From positions 3,790 through 67,789 of the IMG/VR virus record IMGVR_UViG_3300005265_000433: DNA of 64,000 nt; one strand, 5' to 3'. The notes beneath the pieces are model-generated. The model saw only the letters and a program-made list of their open reading frames with translations. It was not told the origin of the DNA and did no database searches. This document shows positions 40,216 through 50,494 of the stretch, piece by piece (the first letter of the stretch is position 1; each line of letters starts with the position of its first letter). Made by a program: the position numbers and the translations under genes. The DNA is from a virus.

Positions 40216-40234
40216 TGTATCATTCTCCTTTTTA

Positions 40235-40504
40235 TTATCCATTTTGATCACCGTAAACATATTTATCAACAAGTTGAATAAAGTCTTTTATGGTTATAGC
40301 TTTTTCAGTTTCAGAATCCATTATACATATATTATATTTTTCTTCAATAAGAATTATTAAATCTAATATATCTAATGAATCAATATTTAATTCTGTTCTA
40401 AAATTAAGATCATCTTTAAGATCTTCTTTTTTAAATTCAGGATTTAAATTATCTATAATATAATCATAAAGTATTGTAAAAATTTCTTTCTCTGTACTTT
40501 TCAT
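40235..40504 (-). CDS. acpP: Acyl carrier protein
   Basis: EL.IDSLD..DL...IEEKY.I.I.D...EK..T..D; acidic, 89 aa. Confidence 0.88.
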   Translation of the reverse strand: MKSTEKEIFTILYDYIIDNLNPEFKKEDLKDDLNFRTELNIDSLDILDLIILIEEKYNICIMDSETEKAITIKDFIQLVDKYVYGDQNG

Positions 40505-40559
40505 AGTATTCCTCCATGATTTAAATTACATACCATTTCAAAATACCAGGTATATAATA

Positions 40560-40904
40560 TTACTTCCACTTGTCTTTTATTCCTTCACTTCTCCAAAGAA
40601 TAGGTTCAATTTCAGTATACGCTTCTAAAGCAGCCCCAGCTAATGTCATTATTTTTATTAAATGTTCATACATTTCAACAGGCGCTGAATTTTGATGATC
40701 AAATTCTTTACATGAAATCATCCAATTTGGTTTTTCGTCTACCCAGCCTTCGCTATATTTATTTTTAGCTTTTTTTAAATACACATCTAAAAAATTTAAA
40801 AATGAGCTAACATTTAAAACTTCAGAATCTTTAACATTACCAAAAATTTGTTTTTGATAATTTCTCTCTTTCAAATAAACTTCCATTAAAGTATTAGAAT
40901 CCAT
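40560..40904 (-). CDS. Hypothetical protein (possible MazG-like all-alpha fold)
   Basis: ER.YQ...FG and LIKI..LA.AALE. Confidence 0.45.
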   Translation of the reverse strand: MDSNTLMEVYLKERNYQKQIFGNVKDSEVLNVSSFLNFLDVYLKKAKNKYSEGWVDEKPNWMISCKEFDHQNSAPVEMYEHLIKIMTLAGAALEAYTEIEPILWRSEGIKDKWK

Positions 40905-40922
40905 ATAAATTCTCCAATTAAA

Positions 40923-40961
40923 AGATGCCGAATAACTAAATTATATAGTTATTCGGCATCT
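40923..40961 (-). terminator. Hairpin terminator
   Basis: agatgccgaataacta-N7-tagttattcggcatct. Confidence 0.75.
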
Positions 40962-40980
40962 AATTATAAATTAATAATTT

Positions 40981-41325
40981 TTATACAGTTTTCAAATCAG
41001 GTGGCCCACTTGGATTTGTTGGCATTGTTTTAGCAATTTTAATTCCTGAACCAAAAGTCTCATTATAAAAAGACATAATATTCTCAGAAGGTGTTGATTC
41101 AGCCATAACCTGATTATAATTAATAAATATTTTGTTTTGATCAGCAGTTGGCATCCAGGGAACTGGCACTAATCCTCCCTGTTGAGATGCATCTGCTTGT
41201 GGGCTAGGAATAAAAGTAATTGGATTTTTAACAGCTAAACTATTTATACCATTAACTGTTTCCCTTTTTAATAACTCACATACAATTTCATGCCCTGTTG
41301 CCATTTTTAAACATAATGCTTCCAT
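40981..41325 (-). CDS. Sm-like fold protein
   Basis: LKM.TG.EIV...V.NP...L.PW.P; start moved to MEALC after AGGAG. Confidence 0.55.
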   Translation of the reverse strand: MEALCLKMATGHEIVCELLKRETVNGINSLAVKNPITFIPSPQADASQQGGLVPVPWMPTADQNKIFINYNQVMAESTPSENIMSFYNETFGSGIKIAKTMPTNPSGPPDLKTV

Positions 41326-41353
41326 AAATAAACTCCTTTGTAAAATTATTAGA

Positions 41354-41578
41354 TTAATTAAAACCTTCAATGAATTTTCTCATTGATTGAGGTGTGTTGA
41401 GTTCTCCAATCATCATCAATTGCATTCCAGTTAATATTGCTGGATGATCTTTAGTTTCTTCATTTTTTTTAAGATCAGATGCTATTGATGTATAAGCTTC
41501 ACTAAAATTTCCATTATCTATATATTCTAAAGCTCTTTTTTTACACCATTCAATATGATCATTTCTATCTTTAGTCAT
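41354..41578 (-). CDS. Hypothetical protein
   Basis: 74-aa ORF with SD. Confidence 0.65.
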   Translation of the reverse strand: MTKDRNDHIEWCKKRALEYIDNGNFSEAYTSIASDLKKNEETKDHPAILTGMQLMMIGELNTPQSMRKFIEGFN

Positions 41579-41599
41579 GGTATTAATCCTTTATTATAA

Positions 41600-41746
41600 T
41601 TAATAATTAATATATGAAAAACCACAATTTGTACATTTAAATAAAGAATCTTTTTTAACTAAAGTTTTCTTATTACATTTCCAACAAATTCCTTGCGAAG
41701 AAAGTTTAATTTTTTCAGCCCTTGTTATTTTCTTCTTTTTTTTCAT
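41600..41746 (-). CDS. Small zinc-ribbon protein (not in the ORF track)
   Basis: Manual translation MKKKKKITRAEKIKLSSQGICWKCNKKTLVKKDSLFKCTNCGFSYINY*; GAGGAG SD. Confidence 0.65.
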   Translation of the reverse strand: MKKKKKITRAEKIKLSSQGICWKCNKKTLVKKDSLFKCTNCGFSYINY

Positions 41747-41762
41747 AGATGTTCTATTCTCC

Positions 41763-41966
41763 TCACCAAAAGATTAAATAAATAGTAACAAGTATAACAG
41801 CACTTGCTACTGATGCGCCCTCAACTAAAATTTGGTTATCATAATATTTTTCTAACCATTGAGCTTTTATAATAATACTTCCTTTTCTCATTAGTTTTGA
41901 TGTAACATAAATAAAAATCATACTACATATTAAAAATTTAACTAAAATTGCCATTATTTCCTCCAT
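41763..41966 (-). CDS. Small membrane protein
   Basis: Two hydrophobic segments. Confidence 0.55.
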   Translation of the reverse strand: MEEIMAILVKFLICSMIFIYVTSKLMRKGSIIIKAQWLEKYYDNQILVEGASVASAVILVTIYLIFW

Positions 41967-41975
41967 ACTAATATT

Positions 41976-42833
41976 TTATAATTTATAATCACCTGTAAAA
42001 CCACCTTCTATACCCTTCCAGCTAATTGCAATGGCTTCATGTGTATGTATTGATTCCTCATGTGAACATTTTACCAACCAATCAATTATATTTACTTGAT
42101 TATTTAATTTATTTGATATTTCCCTAATTGCATCTTCAACAAATAATGGATTTTGGGATGCGATCCTGGCAATCTCTTGTTCATCAATTCTTTTAATAAT
42201 TGGGTATGGTTGAGTCTTAATTACATCATATACCAAATCAATTATATCTTCTAACCACGGTGAATTTTGGGGTGACAAATCACCACGAATTAAAATATCA
42301 GCATATGATCTTTGAGCATGAGGAAATCCGGGATAATCACATTTCCCACTTTCAACAAGGTTTCTAGATAACTCAGCTGAACATGGGCAATATGAAGCAT
42401 ATTGTAATCTTATTCCTTGAAAAAACTTCAACTCATCACCACTTTGAGCTTCAAAAAAGCATTTATGATATAGTGGAAATGAATTATCTGATAGAATTGA
42501 TTTCTTCATAATTGGCAACTCAAAATCAAATTTTAAATATGATTTTGTCGAACCAACATTTTCGTTTATCTTAGCTAAAATTAAAAACATTAATTCATGG
42601 TTTAATTGTTGGCCAAGAAAAGGTTCTAATGTCAATAATAATCTTGACATAGAAATACCTTTTTTTTCTGATGAAAGATTTGTACGTATTGATGCATTAG
42701 CTGGTAATTGCACTATACCCTCATCTCTCAAAGCCAACGTAAAATTTAATTTAATATTTTCAACACCTACTTGTTGAATAGGTATTCTAATATTTGGTTC
42801 CATCAATTCTTGTACATCTGGTAAATTATTCAT
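41976..42833 (-). CDS. folE2: GTP cyclohydrolase IB (FolE2)
   Basis: LPDVQ, I.QVG, KGI.MSR, CPCS, HAQRS, KR.DE, NP.FVED.IR, ESIH.H.A. Confidence 0.92.
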   Translation of the reverse strand: MNNLPDVQELMEPNIRIPIQQVGVENIKLNFTLALRDEGIVQLPANASIRTNLSSEKKGISMSRLLLTLEPFLGQQLNHELMFLILAKINENVGSTKSYLKFDFELPIMKKSILSDNSFPLYHKCFFEAQSGDELKFFQGIRLQYASYCPCSAELSRNLVESGKCDYPGFPHAQRSYADILIRGDLSPQNSPWLEDIIDLVYDVIKTQPYPIIKRIDEQEIARIASQNPLFVEDAIREISNKLNNQVNIIDWLVKCSHEESIHTHEAIAISWKGIEGGFTGDYKL

Positions 42834-42847
42834 AGATTAAACACTCC

Positions 42848-45800
42848 TCAATTATCCATATCAACACCAATAACTTTACAATATTTATGTAATAATTTAA
42901 CTGATTCAGGTGCACCAATATCTAAATTATCTTGTGAGATGTCATTAGATTTTAACACTTGCTGAATGTATTTATTTTTTGAGTCAATACTATCAGATTT
43001 AACAGTTAAACTTTCATATAAAATATTTGGTGCATCGTGGGCTATAAGTGCAGCTTGTTCCATTTCTCCAAGTTTCTGACCACCTTTATTTTTCTTTCCT
43101 GATAAGGGTTGAAGTAATTTTCTGGAATATGGTCCAATTGATCTTGCTGTTAATTTATCTTCTGATATATGAGCCATCTTAAACATGTACATATAACCTA
43201 CAGCTATTTCTTTATTAATATATATTTTAGAATAGGGCTCAAATATTCGACTAACATCAGAAACTCCTGTATATCTTTTTATCTCAAAAGCATCATCAAT
43301 TGAAATTGATTCAAACGGAGGTTGAATTAATGTGAGATTGTTAATAAATTCTTTTGTAATAATATCTGGCATTTGTTCTTCAAATTTAGTGAAATACCAA
43401 TTATTTTTAGTTTTATCCACCAATCTAATAAAATGAAGAATATTATTTTTTATTATTTTATTATCAACACCTGAATCAAAATCTTCTATTAATTTCTCTT
43501 TAAACTGATGTAGAGCCTTTGTTAAATAAATTTCATACAGCTGACCAATATTCATTCTTGAAGGAACACCAAGTGGACCTAAACATACATCCATATGACG
43601 TCCATCTTCCAATTGAGGCATTTCTTTTTCTGGTAATATAGCAGTAATTACACCTTTATTACCATGTCTATTCCCAATCTTATCTCCAACTTTTATTGTC
43701 TTTTCAAAAGTACCTTCCATTTTAACTATTATTCCATCAAATAAATCAGTTTTCATTTTAAAGCTGCCATGATTAGCATCAAATACATCAAGATTATTAT
43801 TTTTAATATATTCTTTTGCTTCTCTGATTCCAAAAATATTTTCTAATGTAGATTTTAAAATATTTGCTTTTCTTTTCTGTTTTATTTCTTTTCTAGTTAT
43901 CCAATCTACAAACTCTGGAATAGATTCATTAATATCATTGACATAGATATTAATTTTAGTAATAGTTAAATCTTTTGGGTATGTTAAAACTTTAGTATCC
44001 TCGAAAATCGAATATTTATCAGTTTGAGATATTGATAATTCCTTCAATTTTGCATATGGTGTACCAGCTGGAACTACGTCACCTATATTAGGAAGGGGTT
44101 TATATTTTCCCTGCTCTAATGTAAGTAAAATTTTATCAATTGGTATAGTAAAAGTCAAATCAGCAATATGTTTAGATGTAAATATTTCATCTTTAACAAG
44201 TCTATCAGATATAACAATACCATCCTCATAATTTAATCCATAATAACTCATAAAGCCAACTAATAAATTATTACCAATTTGGATACTGCCATCTTCCATA
44301 AACTTACTTTCAAATAAAATATCATCTTTCTTAAATTTGTCATTTTGTTTAAAATAAACTTTATATTCATCCAAATTATCAACATATATATGCCTTATTC
44401 CAATTTCAAATATATCACCTTTATCATTTTCATCATCATATTCAACTATCATATAATTATCATTTAATAATAATACAGTACCATCATGTTTTGCCACTTG
44501 ACAAAATTGAGTATATTTACTATACAAATACTCACAACCAGATTGAATCATAGGTTTTTGAAAGTTTTTTAGCATGATAGCTTGTCTCATTTGAGATGAT
44601 GCCATTTGTAATCTAGTTTGATCATCATGTTCTAAAAATGGAACCATAGAAACAGGAATTGAATTAATATATTTATCTTCATAATCTTTATTAAATTTAA
44701 ATCTAGAATCTAATCTTGATTTGGGTAATAAATTTTGAAGAACTCCACAATTTTCTCTATCTGGAGTATCAACCGGGCATAATCGTCCAAACATACTATC
44801 CCTAATATCTCTCAAATGTTTAGGCACTTCTTTCTTTTTAAAACCATCAGGGCCAATCAAACTTGTTCTAGAAATTTTAGTTAATTCTTCAATTGGATTA
44901 ATAGAAAAATCAAATTGAACAATATCAGATTCATTTACTTCAGACATTATGGCACTAGAATTAGTACTATATTTTTTCTTTTTGTAATATTTACTTAAAA
45001 CACATAGAGAATATATATCTTTTATGATTTTACCAAATAGAATATATTCCCAACACCTTATCCTTTTATTCTCAAAATTTTCATCATCATAACCAGGACT
45101 TCTTAGTGCTTTTACTATTTCTAATATCATACAATTAGTTTCAAAAAATTGTGCGCTTAGAACATCAACTTTTAACATAATATCTAAAGCATATAAAACT
45201 TCTTTTACTCTCTTAGTTGGATCATATTTTGAATATGAATCACCTAAAATAGCTAATATATCTTCACGGGTTGCTTCTTTATCTTCTAAAATTATATTTA
45301 TATCATCCACTAAAGGTTCAAACCAATCTTTTGAAAATGGTGTTTCTTCATATTCCTCATTAATTATTTTTTTTGTTTCTTCAAAACCAAAATAACCTAA
45401 AACTACGTAAGAAAACGGAACGCTTCTAGCTTGAAAATTCATTATAATGCTTGGCGTACTTTGTGGTTTTCTTATGATAGATAATGATGAAGTATTGGTA
45501 AAAAACTTTATTAAATTCTTCCTATTAACAATTGGAATATCAAATAATTGATATAAGGGTATTTTTTGTTTTCCATTGATCATTAAATACTGATTTTTAA
45601 TAAGTTTTGGAATCTTATAAATCAAATCAATATTATAACCATCTTTTTCAAATTTAATGGCCAATCTTTCATAGATACTTCTATCAATATTTCCCTTATT
45701 TGACATTGATGGTTTTTTCTCAAAACATGTTAGAACAAATCCATCATCCAATGCAGGTTGGATGATTTCAGAGATTATTTCCATCATATTATCATATTCA

Positions 45801-45865
45801 TATTGTCTAATAGAAAAAAGATTTATGGGTTCAAGTTTAGCTAATTCTGGATTAATTATTTTCAT
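42848..45865 (-). CDS. rpoB: DNA-directed RNA polymerase beta-like subunit
   Basis: GRLCPVDTP..ENCG, PFLEHDD..R..M...MRQA, NYEDG, GDK..RHGNKG, PSRMN.GQ, GGQK.GEME. Confidence 0.95.
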   Translation of the reverse strand: MKIINPELAKLEPINLFSIRQYEYDNMMEIISEIIQPALDDGFVLTCFEKKPSMSNKGNIDRSIYERLAIKFEKDGYNIDLIYKIPKLIKNQYLMINGKQKIPLYQLFDIPIVNRKNLIKFFTNTSSLSIIRKPQSTPSIIMNFQARSVPFSYVVLGYFGFEETKKIINEEYEETPFSKDWFEPLVDDINIILEDKEATREDILAILGDSYSKYDPTKRVKEVLYALDIMLKVDVLSAQFFETNCMILEIVKALRSPGYDDENFENKRIRCWEYILFGKIIKDIYSLCVLSKYYKKKKYSTNSSAIMSEVNESDIVQFDFSINPIEELTKISRTSLIGPDGFKKKEVPKHLRDIRDSMFGRLCPVDTPDRENCGVLQNLLPKSRLDSRFKFNKDYEDKYINSIPVSMVPFLEHDDQTRLQMASSQMRQAIMLKNFQKPMIQSGCEYLYSKYTQFCQVAKHDGTVLLLNDNYMIVEYDDENDKGDIFEIGIRHIYVDNLDEYKVYFKQNDKFKKDDILFESKFMEDGSIQIGNNLLVGFMSYYGLNYEDGIVISDRLVKDEIFTSKHIADLTFTIPIDKILLTLEQGKYKPLPNIGDVVPAGTPYAKLKELSISQTDKYSIFEDTKVLTYPKDLTITKINIYVNDINESIPEFVDWITRKEIKQKRKANILKSTLENIFGIREAKEYIKNNNLDVFDANHGSFKMKTDLFDGIIVKMEGTFEKTIKVGDKIGNRHGNKGVITAILPEKEMPQLEDGRHMDVCLGPLGVPSRMNIGQLYEIYLTKALHQFKEKLIEDFDSGVDNKIIKNNILHFIRLVDKTKNNWYFTKFEEQMPDIITKEFINNLTLIQPPFESISIDDAFEIKRYTGVSDVSRIFEPYSKIYINKEIAVGYMYMFKMAHISEDKLTARSIGPYSRKLLQPLSGKKNKGGQKLGEMEQAALIAHDAPNILYESLTVKSDSIDSKNKYIQQVLKSNDISQDNLDIGAPESVKLLHKYCKVIGVDMDN

Positions 45866-48633
45866 TATTCCCCCTGTTTTAAATTAATATTGAACTTTTC
45901 ACCCATCATAACCCTATTCATAATTCCACTATATGAACTATTAGTATTAATAATTCCATCTAGTAAATGTTTTTTTGGATTACTAAAAGCAAATCCTAAA
46001 AGCCAACTTTCTAATGACGGAACTTTCTGTACTGAATAAAATTCTGGGGTTACCATTTCCCTATCTTTTATTAATCTCCATTTATTATTTTTATACCACA
46101 TTAATTGGGAAACAACACACTCGAAATGAACATGATTTATTTTTTTACTCGAATTATAAATTTCAAATAAATCATCAACTAAAACTTCAGCTGTTGTATT
46201 TCTTGGAAATTTATGTAACTTATTTGAAGCGGATGTTAAATCTGCAACAATATCTTGCTGAATAAAATCATTATTTTCAGTTTCATTATCTTCAGATTTT
46301 TTAATTTGGGCTACCCCTGATGTATGAAAAGTTCTTAAAACCAATTGAGTGTTTGCTTCCCCCAAACTTTGTGCGGCAATTACACCTATATACTCAGAAT
46401 TTAAATTTTTGTAAAAATCTCCATAACATTTTTTACAAATTGTTGGATTTTTACAATATATTGGGCTTCTAACATATATGGTTTTATCTAAGTATTTTTC
46501 GATACTTTTATGTGAAAACTTTTTTAATCTTTTATCTTCCAGGTTTTCTTTAAAGTATTTTCCAATTAACATTTCAGCTTTTTTAATACTTGTTACTTCA
46601 ACTCTTAATAAATCTGTTGTACCACAATCATCTTGAGTTCCCAACGTTAAATTAACACAACAATAAATAAGTTTTCGTGATAAATATCCAGATACACCAG
46701 CATGGAGTGCAATATCTAATAAACCTTTTCGGCATCCATATGTCGAATTAAAAAATTCTTTAGGTGTCAAACCATGAATTAAACTATTTTTTATTGGGTT
46801 TGATAAAATTTGGCCATCAAAATTTGAAATGAAACCCCTTGAGAAAACCATTTGTCTAACTTGGTCCCAACTTCCACGGGCACCGGAATCAATAATACCA
46901 GCATATTTAAAATTTTCTCTTAAATATTCTTTTATTTCATCACTATTAATTTTAACTAGTTGATTATGAATATTTTCATCTTTATAGATTTCATCTTTTA
47001 TTTTTTCAACATTTGGAATAGCACAATTAAATAAAGACATTGTTACACCATATAATGTTGAATATTTAAAACCAACAAATTTAACTTTATTAAAAACTTC
47101 AGCCACAATTTCTTCTGGATATTTTTTTCTAATATCAGTTAAAATATCAACTAATACTTTTTTTGTGATAACCTTATTAATAAAAGGATAATCATCAGGA
47201 AAACAATAATTAACAACTATTCTTCCTTTAATTATTTCTTTTCCTTCCCATTCCATAGTATTATTTAAATCATCAGCTTCAACCAATCCCTTTGATAAAA
47301 GATAAATTCCATAAACAATATCCTGAGAAGGTATTGTTGATAGAGAACCATTACTTGGATTTACTAAATTTTTAGTTGATAACAACTTATCTTTTATTTC
47401 TTGTTTTGCTTCTTTAGAAATTGGTATGTAAATTGCCATTGCATCACCATCAAAATCAGCATTAAAACCTTCACATACTAAAGGATGAATTTGAATTACA
47501 TCTTCCATTGAAACTAAAATTTGAAATCCAATCATTCCTAATCTATGTAGTGTTGGTTGTCTGTTTAGGATACAATATTCATCTTTGGTTAATTTACAAC
47601 ATAATTTAAATAAGGCGGGATCTCTTGTTTCTATACAATATTCAACTTGCTTGATAGCTTTAGGAAAAAGTTTAAACGTTCCCAATTCAATTAGTCTTTT
47701 AGCTATTTGAATTTTAAACAATTCTAAAACCATCTTATAAGGTAATACACACTGATGAAGTTTAATTCTAATATTTGGTGTGATCACACATCTTCCAGAG
47801 AAATCAATTCTTTTTGCTAAAATATGACCTCTTATCAAACCCTCTTTTTTCTTTAATTTCTTTAAAATGTAATCATAAAGTTCATTTACATCTTTCTGAG
47901 TTTGAGAAAAATAATCATAAAAAATTACTTTATTTTGGATTAATTCAAATTTTGTTCCAGATAAACTGAGATTTCTATTTATCAAAGTAAGATAATATTT
48001 ATTTATTTCATCTGCTACTCTATTATCTTTATTTATTCCTCTCGATGCTGGTCTCAATTCTGGTGGCAAAACAATTATATTTTGAATAAAAATTTTATCC
48101 AAATTATCATAAACAATTTTCCATGATTCGGGGTCGTCTTCCATTGATTGTTTTGTATATGTCTCAAATAAAAACTGCATTGCATTTAATGCTTCATAAT
48201 ATTCCACATCTGGAGGCATATCGCATTTATTAACAACAACAAATTCATCAGTATTAGAATCAACATATAATACTGATTGGTTATTCGTTGTTAATTCATC
48301 AATCATATTTTTAATTTTAGTTTTATTTTTACTTATTCTAATAAATAAATCATAAAATATTGGATTTATTACAGGAACAGGTAAAACTATTTTAGCAAAT
48401 CTTTTTCTTCTTTCATCACTATTAGTAATCTTCATTCCGCATTTATCACATTCTCCACCATCTCGTGAAACACCGTGATAAATTCCGCAATCACATGTAT
48501 AATTTTTTATAGGTCCAAAAATAAATTCAGAAAATAAACCATTTTCTCTGAATTTTCTTTTTCTCATTAGTTTTTGGGTTGTTATTTCTGGTAGGTCTTT
48601 ACAAAATTCATCAATATCAATCAGTTTTGGCAT
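45865..48633 (-). CDS. rpoC: DNA-directed RNA polymerase beta'-like subunit
   Basis: Zn-finger CDCG...CDKC, KRIDFSGR, NRQPTLH, NADFDGD catalytic motif, SGYL.RKL, AAQS.GE..TQL.LRTFH. Confidence 0.95.
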   Translation of the reverse strand: MPKLIDIDEFCKDLPEITTQKLMRKRKFRENGLFSEFIFGPIKNYTCDCGIYHGVSRDGGECDKCGMKITNSDERRKRFAKIVLPVPVINPIFYDLFIRISKNKTKIKNMIDELTTNNQSVLYVDSNTDEFVVVNKCDMPPDVEYYEALNAMQFLFETYTKQSMEDDPESWKIVYDNLDKIFIQNIIVLPPELRPASRGINKDNRVADEINKYYLTLINRNLSLSGTKFELIQNKVIFYDYFSQTQKDVNELYDYILKKLKKKEGLIRGHILAKRIDFSGRCVITPNIRIKLHQCVLPYKMVLELFKIQIAKRLIELGTFKLFPKAIKQVEYCIETRDPALFKLCCKLTKDEYCILNRQPTLHRLGMIGFQILVSMEDVIQIHPLVCEGFNADFDGDAMAIYIPISKEAKQEIKDKLLSTKNLVNPSNGSLSTIPSQDIVYGIYLLSKGLVEADDLNNTMEWEGKEIIKGRIVVNYCFPDDYPFINKVITKKVLVDILTDIRKKYPEEIVAEVFNKVKFVGFKYSTLYGVTMSLFNCAIPNVEKIKDEIYKDENIHNQLVKINSDEIKEYLRENFKYAGIIDSGARGSWDQVRQMVFSRGFISNFDGQILSNPIKNSLIHGLTPKEFFNSTYGCRKGLLDIALHAGVSGYLSRKLIYCCVNLTLGTQDDCGTTDLLRVEVTSIKKAEMLIGKYFKENLEDKRLKKFSHKSIEKYLDKTIYVRSPIYCKNPTICKKCYGDFYKNLNSEYIGVIAAQSLGEANTQLVLRTFHTSGVAQIKKSEDNETENNDFIQQDIVADLTSASNKLHKFPRNTTAEVLVDDLFEIYNSSKKINHVHFECVVSQLMWYKNNKWRLIKDREMVTPEFYSVQKVPSLESWLLGFAFSNPKKHLLDGIINTNSSYSGIMNRVMMGEKFNINLKQGE

Positions 48634-48880
48634 TCTTGTCATTCTCCTCATTTTCTTCCAGGTAAGCAGAAATTGAATTTAAATGCTGTTGTATTACATA
48701 AGCTATTTTTTTTTCTATAATTTCATCATATACCTCCATAATTTTTTTAATTTGATTTCTAGATAACTCTTCAAATTTTTCCTCAAATATTTTTTCTATT
48801 GATATACTAATTCTTTTATCAATAAAATCAAATATATTTGTTTTAAACTTTTCTATTTCAGACATATGTATGCACTCCAT
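48617..48880 (-). CDS. Small helical hypothetical protein coupled to rpoC
   Basis: 87-aa ORF overlapping the rpoC start. Confidence 0.6.
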   Translation of the reverse strand: MECIHMSEIEKFKTNIFDFIDKRISISIEKIFEEKFEELSRNQIKKIMEVYDEIIEKKIAYVIQQHLNSISAYLEENEENDKNAKTD

Positions 48881-48914
48881 TATTATGTTCTAATTAAATA
48901 AAATCAGATCTTGA

Positions 48915-49559
48915 TTAATAGTGTAATACTTCATTAAATGATTGATTGCGTGATTCTAATACATTTTTAATCCATGCCAATCTTTGATCCCTATATAATT
49001 TTCCATTTAAATATTTTGATGTTCTTATTTTTTTGATGTTTCCTTTTTCTAAATCATATTGTCTATCAATATGGTTCCATGATTTCAATCTATAAAACAA
49101 ACCTATGAATATATCCATATAATATTTTTCTATAAAGGGTTGATTTACAAAATCACCTATACATAATTCATGTGGATTATTCATGTGTCCTAATTGTAAT
49201 ATAGATAATGGAGCACCTTTGATTGATTTAGAATTTAAGTGGATACAATCAACATAAAAACCTAAAATTTTATTGGTTTCACTATCAATAAGAATATCAC
49301 ATTCGGATGGGATTAGATTCGGCGTGGCTAATAAAATTGTATACATATCATCATGTTTATGAACACTATGATAGATATAAGGAAAAACCGATGTCTTTAT
49401 TCTTACAATTATTTTTCCTGATAATATATTCAGTTTTGATTGATAAGGAATATTAAAATTATCCAGAAAATCAATTTTTATGTCTTTCCTATATGGATCT
49501 ATCACTGCTTTAACATAGTTAAACGTATAAATCAAGTTTTTTTTCATACATTTTATCAT
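48915..49559 (-). CDS. Hypothetical protein, possibly a divergent E2/UBC-like fold
   Basis: IH.N...LCIG pattern reminiscent of E2 HPN...C; last gene of the Ubl cluster. Confidence 0.35.
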   Translation of the reverse strand: MIKCMKKNLIYTFNYVKAVIDPYRKDIKIDFLDNFNIPYQSKLNILSGKIIVRIKTSVFPYIYHSVHKHDDMYTILLATPNLIPSECDILIDSETNKILGFYVDCIHLNSKSIKGAPLSILQLGHMNNPHELCIGDFVNQPFIEKYYMDIFIGLFYRLKSWNHIDRQYDLEKGNIKKIRTSKYLNGKLYRDQRLAWIKNVLESRNQSFNEVLHY

Positions 49560-49567
49560 AACATTAC

Positions 49568-50431
49568 TTACGCCCCTCCTATAGCTGGAATTAAAATATA
49601 AACACCATCTATTTTATTTGAAATTATGAATGTATCCCCGCACATTTTTAAATATTTTTTAAAATAAACATCTAACTTACCAGCTACTTGACTGAACTGA
49701 CGTTGATCTCTTTCTGAAATTATAACTGATTGGCTTTTAAAACCATTTTCAAAAATAAATTTTTGAGGTAATTTTCTTTTAGAATTTACCATATCTAAAA
49801 TTACATCTGATAAACCATCAACATAATCAAATATTTCATAATAATTATGTATATAATTTTTGGTTATAACTCCAGAAGTAGCTAAATCATATATATCCTC
49901 ATATTTTACATTATCTAAATCATCTAAGCATATTGTTATATAACAATTTTCTGTTATAAATTTATAAATATATTCAGACAATATAAAACCAGATATATAT
50001 TTACTATATTTAACAATATCTTCCATTTTAATATTAGATGAATAATATCCAAATTTAAAATTGTTTTTATTTGTTTTCTTTCTTGCATCTAAAATTAAAA
50101 ATTCTTGTGAAATACAACATTTTAAATTAACTAATTCATCATCTACTAATGTTCTATCTGTACAATTTAAAATTAATTTATCTTTTGGTAATAAATTCCT
50201 ACAACCTTCAAATGACGAATCATAACATTCGATATTTGAGTTTTTAAATTTATTTTTGAAGGCTATAATCTTTTTTTGGCCGATATCTTCATAATTAAAT
50301 AAACTTAATGAAATATTTTTATCTTCAACTATATCATAATCAACTAATTTTAAACTAATATTTTTTTCACATAGTTCTTTTGCTATAAATCCTCCTAAGC
50401 TTCCACAACCTAATATTGTAACATCATTCAT
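49568..50431 (-). CDS. ThiF/E1-like protein, divergent
   Basis: Own GGAG SD and ATG (MNDVTILGCGSLG), VDYD.VE.KN, CTD; lacks the RQ motif. Confidence 0.7.
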   Translation of the reverse strand: MNDVTILGCGSLGGFIAKELCEKNISLKLVDYDIVEDKNISLSLFNYEDIGQKKIIAFKNKFKNSNIECYDSSFEGCRNLLPKDKLILNCTDRTLVDDELVNLKCCISQEFLILDARKKTNKNNFKFGYYSSNIKMEDIVKYSKYISGFILSEYIYKFITENCYITICLDDLDNVKYEDIYDLATSGVITKNYIHNYYEIFDYVDGLSDVILDMVNSKRKLPQKFIFENGFKSQSVIISERDQRQFSQVAGKLDVYFKKYLKMCGDTFIISNKIDGVYILIPAIGGA

Positions 50432-50462
50432 ATTATATACTCCAATATAAAAAAATAAAAAT

Positions 50463-50494
50463 GGGGGATGTGAAAAATTAATTTCACACCCCCC
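50463..50494 (-). terminator. Intrinsic terminator lying inside the called 409-aa ORF
   Basis: GGGGGGUGUGAAA-UUAAUU-UUUCACAUCCCCC followed by AUUUUUAUUUUUUU. Confidence 0.75.
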
